46,928 nt of DNA from Chloroflexota bacterium (GTDB lineage: Bacteria; Chloroflexota; Dehalococcoidia; UBA2979): positions 1 to 46,928 of the forward strand of contig PBEG01000004.1 in NCBI GenBank assembly GCA_002718395.1. Direction: 5' to 3'. The notes beneath the pieces are model-generated. The model had not been told where the DNA came from. It made no database searches and was given only the letters and a program-made list of their open reading frames with translations. The first letter of the stretch is position 1; every line of letters begins with the position of its first letter. This document shows positions 20,070 through 27,509 of this stretch, piece by piece. A program made the position numbers and the translations under genes.

Positions 20070-20102
20070 TGTTTTCCCCAATATATTACTATTTAACATT
20101 AG

Positions 20103-20129
20103 TTAGCACTCTAACAGCTAGAGTGCTAA
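20103..20129 (-). promoter_or_regulatory. CIRCE operator (HrcA binding site), perfect consensus
   Basis: TTAGCACTC (20103-20111), 9-nt spacer taacagcta, GAGTGCTAA (20121-20129). This is an exact match to TTAGCACTC-N9-GAGTGCTAA, directly upstream of hrcA. Confidence 0.95.
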
Positions 20130-20134
20130 GTATC

Positions 20135-20164
20135 AAATTACTATAGATTTTATACTTGCGTCAA
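20135..20164 (-). promoter_or_regulatory. Possible sigma-70-type promoter of the hrcA operon
   Basis: On the minus strand: TTGACG (20164-20159), 18-nt spacer, TAATTT (20140-20135). This places the transcription start at the edge of CIRCE. The -10 match is only moderate. Confidence 0.3.
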
Positions 20165-20209
20165 TCCTAATACAAAAATCTATGTACTATTTTATTTATT
20201 TAAGATAAT

Positions 20210-21223
20210 ATGTTAAAAATAACGGAGTACGATTTGCAAACTACTATTACCGGATTAGGATCTTATCTTCCTGAAAAAATATTAACTAATGCTGATTTAG
20301 AAAAAATGGTGGACACCAGTAATGAGTGGATAATTGAAAGGACTGGCGTTTCAGAAAGACGCATTTTAAGTAAAGAAGAGTCTTCTAGTACCATGGGGGC
20401 TGAAGCAGCTCTTGCGGCAATCAGGGCTGCCGATATATCAGTAAAATCTATCGATTTAATTATAGTTGCAACCTGCTCTCCTGATGGCATGTTTCCTTCT
20501 ACAGCAAATAGAATCCAGGCAATTATAGGAGCAAAAAATGCAGTTTGTTTTGATATAAACTCTGCTTGTAATGGTTTTTTGTCTGGATTAATTGTTGGAA
20601 ACAGCTTAATTAATTCAAAGCAATATAATAATGCTTTAATTATCGGTTCTGAGGCGCTTTCTAGGCTTGTAGATTGGTCAGACAGAAATACATGTGTTCT
20701 ATTTGGTGATGGTGCTGGTGCAGTAATACTAGAAAAAAGCAAAAATGATGCTTTTGGTATTGTTGATTTTCAATTTGGTTCAGATGGAAATAATGGAGAT
20801 TTGCTTTTTGCCACTGGTCCTGGTTCAATAAAAAACGAACTGGTTAAAGAAGCTAAAATAATTATGGATGGTCAAAACGTGTTTAAACATGCAGTAAACA
20901 CTATGTCTGCTGTAACAAAAGATCTATTAAAACAAACAAATTTAACAATAGAAGACATTGATCTATGTATTCCACATCAAGCAAATATTCGCATTTTAAA
21001 CGCAATAGCTAAAAACCTATCAATTGATGAAGGGGCTATGTTCTCTAATGTCAACAAATATGGTAATACGTCAGCTGCAAGTATACCTATAGCACTAACT
21101 GAAGCTTTTTATGCTAATATGTTGAACGAAGGTGATACCTTGTTGTTTACAGCATTTGGAGCAGGATTAAATTGGGGATCAGTTATATTAAATTGGGGAC
21201 AAATAAATAAGCCGGAGAAATAA
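20210..21223 (+). CDS. fabH: 3-oxoacyl-ACP synthase III
   Basis: NEWIIERTGVSERR, active-site Cys context NSACNGF, HQANIRIL, GNTSAASIP. Confidence 0.93.
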   Translation: MLKITEYDLQTTITGLGSYLPEKILTNADLEKMVDTSNEWIIERTGVSERRILSKEESSSTMGAEAALAAIRAADISVKSIDLIIVATCSPDGMFPSTANRIQAIIGAKNAVCFDINSACNGFLSGLIVGNSLINSKQYNNALIIGSEALSRLVDWSDRNTCVLFGDGAGAVILEKSKNDAFGIVDFQFGSDGNNGDLLFATGPGSIKNELVKEAKIIMDGQNVFKHAVNTMSAVTKDLLKQTNLTIEDIDLCIPHQANIRILNAIAKNLSIDEGAMFSNVNKYGNTSAASIPIALTEAFYANMLNEGDTLLFTAFGAGLNWGSVILNWGQINKPEK

Positions 21224-21225
21224 TT

Positions 21226-21840
21226 ATGGATATTAATTGGTTTGGTAAATCAGCAACAAGGATTAGAAGCAAAAAGGGTGCAATTATATGTGATCCTTGT
21301 CCAAAAACTAAAACAGAAGACATGAAAAGGCCACTGGCAGATGCTATTACGATTAGTAGTTATGATAAAGAAAAATATTATCTCAAAGGGGTAAAAGGTA
21401 ATCCATTATTAATTGATGCGCCAGGAGAATTTGAAATAGCCGGAATTCAAATACAAGGTTACTCCTCGACAAATTTAAAAAATGAAACAAATTTATTTTA
21501 CTGTTTTGAGGCAGAAGGAATAAGGGTTTTATATATAGGCAGTTTAGCAGAAGCTAACGATTTGTATAATACAGACTCTATAACAAACATTGATATACTA
21601 ATTATATCTTTAGAAGCTAATACTGGAAGCAATATATCTGAACTTGATAAATTAGTAAGAGCAATTGATGCTAAAATTATAATTCCAATAGACTATGTTT
21701 CTAAAGGAGCAAAAAAAACCAACTTAGACGACTTTAAAAAATCACTTAGCCTTGAAATAGAAGAAGTTGATGATAAATTTTCAATCAAAAAAAATGAAAT
21801 TTTGGACAAATCCAAAATTATTTTATTAAAACAAAAATAA
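21226..21840 (+). CDS. MBL-fold (Lactamase_B_3-like) protein with a degenerate metal-binding motif
   Basis: The layout INWFGKS..ICDPC....DAITISSYDKEKY...GNPLLIDAPGEFEIAGIQIQG...LYIGSL...IDILIISL...IIIPIDY parallels UPF0173-type MBL proteins. The HxHxDH position reads SSYDKE. The start is 2 nt after the fabH stop, with GGAG upstream. Confidence 0.55.
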   Translation: MDINWFGKSATRIRSKKGAIICDPCPKTKTEDMKRPLADAITISSYDKEKYYLKGVKGNPLLIDAPGEFEIAGIQIQGYSSTNLKNETNLFYCFEAEGIRVLYIGSLAEANDLYNTDSITNIDILIISLEANTGSNISELDKLVRAIDAKIIIPIDYVSKGAKKTNLDDFKKSLSLEIEEVDDKFSIKKNEILDKSKIILLKQK

Positions 21841-21843
21841 TTT

Positions 21844-22995
21844 CTAACAAAAATCACAAAAAGTAAGGTTAGTTCTCGGAATATAATTTAAAGGGTTTTG
21901 CAAAAGACCATTTCTTCTTAATTCAAAATGAACATGTGGCCCAGTTGATCTTCCTGTAGAGCCATTTAGTCCAATAATCTCTCCTCGACTAACCTGTTGA
22001 CCAGCACTAACCCAAATTTTATTTAAATGGGCAACGCGTGAAACAAACCCCCCAGGATGCCTGATATCTACATAATAGCCATATGAACAACATGGATCGC
22101 CTCCAGCAAATATAACAGTCCCAGAATTTGTAGCAACAACTGGGTCATTCATTAGTGCTCCAATATCAATTCCTGTAGGATGCCAATAAGTCATAACTGA
22201 TGTGATTGGCCCCTCTGCTGGCCAAACAAAACCTGCTGCTGAAGCTTCTTTTTGTAGGATATTATTAGTAATGCCAGAAGTGTCAGTCGCAATTTTTGGC
22301 TGAACACCGTTTACAACCAAAATAGTAACATTTTCTTCTATAAAATTTGGATCATAAATATTATTAGAAGAAAAATCAATAATGTCATCAGAGCTTGCAT
22401 TATACTTCATTGCTATTTCAGAAAGCGTTTCACCAAAAGTAACGTCGTGTAAAATTCCTTCTACAGAGGGGACTCTAACCATATCACCTGGTTGAATAAT
22501 ATCAGTCTTGCTAGTTAGATGTATGTTGTTCCATCTTATATATTTCGCTTCAACATTGAATTTTTCTGCAATACCAATAATAGAATCACCGGCTTGTATT
22601 TTGTATCTAAAATATTTAGGCACCTGATCAGGTTCTTTAACAAACACATTGCTCGCATTCTGGTTTTTCTTTTTTTGCTCTTCTAAAATAATATCGGTTG
22701 TAGATTTTGTAAGATCTAATGTGTTTTCAATATTTTTCATGCTTACTCCAGATGATTCAACAGTTGTTGAAGAAACATTTGGTGTAAGTAAATTATCGGA
22801 ATTATAATCACTTAATTGGTAGACAGAAAAAGGTAATTGTTTTGTTTTGTTATAAAGATTATCTTGTGCGTTAATTTTTTTTATATCAAGTGAATCAAAA
22901 ATGGAAATTAATGATAAAAATAAAATAACAACTGCTAAATGTTTTAATGTATTTAAATCAAAGTAATCGTTAACTATTTTTTTAACAATACTCAA
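21844..22995 (-). CDS. Membrane-anchored peptidoglycan hydrolase: two LysM domains plus an M23 peptidase domain
   Basis: LysM 1: YKIQAGDSIIGIAEKF. LysM 2: HDVTFGETLSEIAMKY. M23: GIDIGA...DIRHPGG...GSTGRSTGPHVHFEL. TTG start with GGGG 7 nt upstream, 13 nt after the rho stop. Confidence 0.88.
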   Translation of the reverse strand: MSIVKKIVNDYFDLNTLKHLAVVILFLSLISIFDSLDIKKINAQDNLYNKTKQLPFSVYQLSDYNSDNLLTPNVSSTTVESSGVSMKNIENTLDLTKSTTDIILEEQKKKNQNASNVFVKEPDQVPKYFRYKIQAGDSIIGIAEKFNVEAKYIRWNNIHLTSKTDIIQPGDMVRVPSVEGILHDVTFGETLSEIAMKYNASSDDIIDFSSNNIYDPNFIEENVTILVVNGVQPKIATDTSGITNNILQKEASAAGFVWPAEGPITSVMTYWHPTGIDIGALMNDPVVATNSGTVIFAGGDPCCSYGYYVDIRHPGGFVSRVAHLNKIWVSAGQQVSRGEIIGLNGSTGRSTGPHVHFELRRNGLLQNPLNYIPRTNLTFCDFC

Positions 22996-23008
22996 TTAAT
23001 AACCCCTA

Positions 23009-24373
23009 TTAAACTTTTTCATCCTTTAATGTCAAAAGAAATTCCGAATTATTCTTTGTTTTGCTCATTCTTTCTAAGACTCTTTCAGTTGCATCACCTG
23101 AATCTTCTTCTAGCATAGCAGCCATTCTCCGTAATAACCAAACAGACTTAAGGTCTTCCTCGGAAAATAATAAATCTTCTCTTCTTGTCGAAGATGCCAA
23201 AACATCAATTGCAGGATATATTCTTTTCTCAGCCAATCGTCTAACTAAACGAACCTCCATATTTCCTGTTCCTTTGAATTCCTCAAAAATAACATCATCC
23301 ATTCTTGACCCGGTTTCAATAAGGCATGTTGCCACAATTGTTAAAGAGCCGCCTTCTTGCGTGTTTCTTGCAGCACCAAAAAACTTTTTAGGTGGGAAAA
23401 GTGCTATTGGATCCATCCCCCCTGACAAAGTCCTACCACTGGTCGGCATAGCTAAGTTATAAGCCCTAGCAAGTCTTGTTACCGAATCCATTAAAATAAC
23501 AACATCTGTACCTGCTTCAACCAAGCGTTTTGCCCTTTCAAGGGCAACTTCTGTTACTCTAGTATGATCTTCAACGGGTTCATCAAATGTGGACGCAATC
23601 ACTTCTCCTTGGACTGATCTTTTCATGTCAGTTACCTCTTCTGGTCGCTCGCCAATTAACAAAACCATAAGGTGTATATCTTTATTATTTGAGGTTATCC
23701 CATTAGCTATAGACTTTAATAGCATTGTCTTACCAGCTTTTGGAGGGGAAACAATTAATGCTCTTTGGCCTTTTCCAACCGGTGAAAAAATATCAACAAT
23801 TCTTTGCGATAAGCTATCTTCTGGCCTGTCTGTTTCTAAGATAATTTTATCATCTGGAAAAATAGGTGTAAGATCTTCAAAATTTGGCCTTCTTTTAGCC
23901 TCTTCTGAAGTCATGTTGTTTACACGTTCAACTCTTAATAAACCGTAATATTTTTCTTGATCCTTAGGAGATCTAACAAGCCCTACAACATAATCACCGC
24001 TTCGTAATCCAAGTTTTCTTATCTGTGACTGAGAAACATATACGTCACTAGGCCCAGGTATCAATTTGTTACTTCTTAAAAAACCAAATCCATCTTCAAC
24101 TACTGTTAGAACCCCGCCTGCAATAATTGCACCGTTGTTTTCACTTTGTTTTTTTAAAATATTATATATTAATTCTTGCTTAGACAAATTTTCTGCAGAA
24201 TCAACTGCTTTCTCTTCGGCGATGGAAATTAATTGATCTCTTTGTGTTTGTTCCAATTCTGAAACATTGATTGGCGTTACCTTAGGATCAATTTCTAAGT
24301 CGTTACTATTGTTGTGCATCTTTTTTTTCCTAGAAATAGATTTTGTTTTCAAGTTATTTTTTTCTGATTCCAT
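23009..24373 (-). CDS. rho: Transcription termination factor Rho
   Basis: Rho N-terminal and cold-shock-like RNA-binding region (GVLTVVEDGFGFLR), P-loop GQRALIVSPPKAGKT, and a C-terminal ATPase core. Confidence 0.96.
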   Translation of the reverse strand: MESEKNNLKTKSISRKKKMHNNSNDLEIDPKVTPINVSELEQTQRDQLISIAEEKAVDSAENLSKQELIYNILKKQSENNGAIIAGGVLTVVEDGFGFLRSNKLIPGPSDVYVSQSQIRKLGLRSGDYVVGLVRSPKDQEKYYGLLRVERVNNMTSEEAKRRPNFEDLTPIFPDDKIILETDRPEDSLSQRIVDIFSPVGKGQRALIVSPPKAGKTMLLKSIANGITSNNKDIHLMVLLIGERPEEVTDMKRSVQGEVIASTFDEPVEDHTRVTEVALERAKRLVEAGTDVVILMDSVTRLARAYNLAMPTSGRTLSGGMDPIALFPPKKFFGAARNTQEGGSLTIVATCLIETGSRMDDVIFEEFKGTGNMEVRLVRRLAEKRIYPAIDVLASSTRREDLLFSEEDLKSVWLLRRMAAMLEEDSGDATERVLERMSKTKNNSEFLLTLKDEKV

Positions 24374-24559
24374 TAATCAAAATCACCCTTCTTTTATTAT
24401 AACTATCTAACTTTGCTTTATTAACTAAAAAAATAAGTTGGGATGTGCCAAAAAGACAGTTATAAACTCTTTATAGATTACTTGGACAATTTAGAGTTTA
24501 CAAATGTTGCTCTTAATAGACAAGCTATAATACTAAATAACAATAAAAAAATTAAATTA

Positions 24560-26197
24560 CTATTTTGATTTATTTTTAACCTTATTTGTTTGCTTTTTTT
24601 CAGAAAACAACACTGCAGCTTCTACAAAAGCTCTAAACAATGGATTTGGTCGATTTGGTCGAGATGTAAATTCTGGATGAAATTGTGCACCAACCATAAA
24701 CGGATGATCTTTTATTTCAACTACTTCAACCAAAGTACCTTCTGTGTTTCTTGCAGCTACAATTAAACCATGTTTCTCCAAGACCTCTAGATAAGTATTG
24801 TTTAATTCATAACGATGTCTATGTCGTTCTCTGATTTTTTTTACTCCGTATGCTTCATATGTTTTTGTGCCTTCAGTTACATTGGAGTCATAACCACCTA
24901 AGCGCATTGTTCCCCCCATGTCCTCTATTTCCTCCTGCTCAGAAAGCAATGAGATAACTGGAAATGGAGTATTAGGATCCAATTCAGTTGTGTTTGCATC
25001 TGGCATGCCTGCAACATTTCGTGCAAATTCACATACTAAAACTTGCATACCAAGACAATCCCCTAAATATGGTATTAGATGTTCTCTAGCATATTGTACA
25101 GCTCGTATTTTTCCTTCAATGCCTCGGTCACCAAAACCAGGACATAATAAGATGCCGTCCACAGCTCCGATAACTTCTTCTGGATCGCTTGATTCAAGAG
25201 CCTCTGAATTAACCCATTTAATTTTTACATTTGCTTTTTGGTCTACCGAAGCATGTATTAGTGCCTCCTTAATGGATAAATATGCGTCCTCTAATTCTGT
25301 ATACTTGCCAACTAAGGCAATATGTATTTCTTTTTGCGCCTCAAGCATTTTTTCTACAAATTGCATCCAAGGATCAAGATCTATAGTTGAATACGATAAA
25401 TTAAGTCTCTTAACAACAACATTTAACAATCCTGCTGAATTTAAGATAACAGGAACTTCATAAATCGAATCCGCTGTTTTCAAGGGAATCACTGCCTCTT
25501 TATCCAAATTACAAAAAAGAGAAATTTTCTCCCTAAGCGCTTCGCTAATTTGCATGTCCGCTCGAGTAACAATAACGTCTGGTTGAACACCAAAAGATCT
25601 AAGTTCCCTAACAGAATGTTGAGTTGGCTTGGTTTTTAACTCTTTTGTTGACTGAATATATGGCAACAAAGTTATATGTACCGACATCGTGTCTTCTCTT
25701 CCTAGAACATGCATCATTCTACTGATTGCTTCTAAAAATGGTTGGCCTTCTAGGTCACCAACTGTACCACCTACTTCTACAATAACAACGTCGGCATTGA
25801 GTTTTTCTCCCGAGTCTTTAATAATCTTTCTAATTTCACTTGTAACATGGGGAATTGCCTGAATGGTGCCCCCCAGGAAATCTCCTCTTCTTTCTTTTCT
25901 GATAACCTCTTCATAAACCTGGCCTGAGGATGCAGAATTTACAGAGCCTAAATTAACATCAAGGAATCGTTCGTAATGTCCAAGATCAAGATCGGTTTCT
26001 GCTCCATCGTCTGTAACAAAAACTTCTCCATGTTGATATGGAGACATTGTTCCTGGATCTACATTAATGTACGGATCGAGTTTTAATACTGAGACAGAAA
26101 ATCCCGCAGACTTTAAGAGTCTACCAAGTGAAGCGGTAACTATTCCCTTACCAACTGAACTTACAACGCCACCAGTTACAAAAATATATTTAGTCAT
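24560..26197 (-). CDS. pyrG: CTP synthase
   Basis: MTKYIFVTGGVVSSVGKG from ATG 26197. GATase domain with GDCLGMQ and FHPEF. The 23-codon upstream extension in the track (to 26266) is hydrophobic junk. Confidence 0.95.
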   Translation of the reverse strand: MTKYIFVTGGVVSSVGKGIVTASLGRLLKSAGFSVSVLKLDPYINVDPGTMSPYQHGEVFVTDDGAETDLDLGHYERFLDVNLGSVNSASSGQVYEEVIRKERRGDFLGGTIQAIPHVTSEIRKIIKDSGEKLNADVVIVEVGGTVGDLEGQPFLEAISRMMHVLGREDTMSVHITLLPYIQSTKELKTKPTQHSVRELRSFGVQPDVIVTRADMQISEALREKISLFCNLDKEAVIPLKTADSIYEVPVILNSAGLLNVVVKRLNLSYSTIDLDPWMQFVEKMLEAQKEIHIALVGKYTELEDAYLSIKEALIHASVDQKANVKIKWVNSEALESSDPEEVIGAVDGILLCPGFGDRGIEGKIRAVQYAREHLIPYLGDCLGMQVLVCEFARNVAGMPDANTTELDPNTPFPVISLLSEQEEIEDMGGTMRLGGYDSNVTEGTKTYEAYGVKKIRERHRHRYELNNTYLEVLEKHGLIVAARNTEGTLVEVVEIKDHPFMVGAQFHPEFTSRPNRPNPLFRAFVEAAVLFSEKKQTNKVKNKSK

Positions 26198-26305
26198 TTT
26201 ACTTACATAAAAAAATATACACAAAATTGTGACATTATCATAGACTATTTTTATGTATATCTTCAATTTGTATTATAAACATCTAAAAATGCAATGGAGC
26301 TTGTT

Positions 26306-26908
26306 ATGAAAAAATTGTTTTTAAAGTTGCTTAATTCAGAATTCGGACAATTTATATTTAATGGAGCAATAATTAGATTACCTGAGGAGATGCATATTGC
26401 TGAACATTCTAAAATACTTAGTGTTGGTCAACACCAAAAGAAACTACTAAAAATTCTTGGTAACAGACTTCACTTAAAAACAGATCAACACACTGTTGCC
26501 ATTGAAGACAATGAATATCTAATCAACACAACCAAAAAAACATATAAGAATTTATCAGAGTTAATTGATTTGATCAAAAAAAATAAATTTGATTTAGTAT
26601 TGTGTGGTCATTACACAAACTTATTAAACAATGAAGAACTCAGAGTGTTTATATCAACCATTTATCAATCAATAAACACTGAAGGCATAGTGATTATTTG
26701 GAATTTTGAACAAACAAATAAAAATTTCTTTAGGTGGTTTTTAAATTTTCCTTTCTCTTTAAACAACTTTACGAAAAATCCTAATAAGAGAATTCTAGAA
26801 GCTGCTAAAGAGACGAATGTTGAATTTATGACAGAAGTGAGTGTGCGTCCTTTTTTATTTCCTTTTATAAAAAGAGAAAGTGTAATCTTGGGCAAGCCAC
26901 CAAAATAA
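26306..26908 (+). CDS. Hypothetical protein with a class I methyltransferase-like layout but a degenerate SAM-binding loop
   Basis: ILSVGQHQK (motif I position), VAIEDNE, FDLVLCGHY, GIVIIWNF. ATG 26306 has GGAG 6 nt upstream. The track start at 26294 lies inside that SD. Confidence 0.45.
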   Translation: MKKLFLKLLNSEFGQFIFNGAIIRLPEEMHIAEHSKILSVGQHQKKLLKILGNRLHLKTDQHTVAIEDNEYLINTTKKTYKNLSELIDLIKKNKFDLVLCGHYTNLLNNEELRVFISTIYQSINTEGIVIIWNFEQTNKNFFRWFLNFPFSLNNFTKNPNKRILEAAKETNVEFMTEVSVRPFLFPFIKRESVILGKPPK

Positions 26909-26912
26909 AAAA

Positions 26913-27509
26913 TTATTCTTCTTTCAAAAAAATATCCAACACATTTTTAGTTATATGTTTTTTTTTATCGGAGCCACAATTTCTTATTTCTGAAGAAGAA
27001 ATATCCAAAATATTTTTTTCAACAAAAATCAATCCACTTAAATTAACCTTTGCCTTGTTTAATTGAAGAACTAAGTCTTTAACAACTGGCCCTGAAGCTC
27101 CCACCCTTGGGAAAACAACAACATTAACCAAATCAAATAACTGTTTGTAATTTTTCCACGACTGAATACTTAAAAAACTATCCATGCCCATAATTACAAA
27201 AAAATTTGCATTTTTATTTTCGTTTTCAATCAAACTGTTGACAGTGTTAAACGTATAAGAGGTTTTTTCGTTCTGCTCCCAATTAACTACTTTTGTTTTT
27301 TGAATCTCAGAAAAAGCCTGAGTTGCCATTTGTAATCTTTTTTTATAACTATTTACCCCCAAACGCTTCTCACCAACAACCCCGCCAGTTGGACAAATAT
27401 AAAGCTTGTCCAACTCAAGCACATCAACAGAAAAAGAGGCAATTTCTTCATGACCTTTATGTGGGGGGTCAAACGCCCCGCCAAAAAAACCTATATTTAA
27501 AACTCCCAA
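26913..27509 (-). CDS. nadD: Nicotinate-nucleotide adenylyltransferase
   Basis: GFFGGAFDPPHKGHEEIA and a C-terminal ISSSEIR motif. TTG start with GGAGGAAAGGAAG upstream. Overlaps the obg 3' end by 13 nt. Confidence 0.88.
   Translation of the reverse strand: MGVLNIGFFGGAFDPPHKGHEEIASFSVDVLELDKLYICPTGGVVGEKRLGVNSYKKRLQMATQAFSEIQKTKVVNWEQNEKTSYTFNTVNSLIENENKNANFFVIMGMDSFLSIQSWKNYKQLFDLVNVVVFPRVGASGPVVKDLVLQLNKAKVNLSGLIFVEKNILDISSSEIRNCGSDKKKHITKNVLDIFLKEE

Noticed and set aside
26198-26266. 23-codon N-terminal extension of pyrG in the ORF track
   Set aside because: CTP synthase universally starts near M(T)KYIFVTGG. The extension is hydrophobic and lies in AT-rich promoter sequence.
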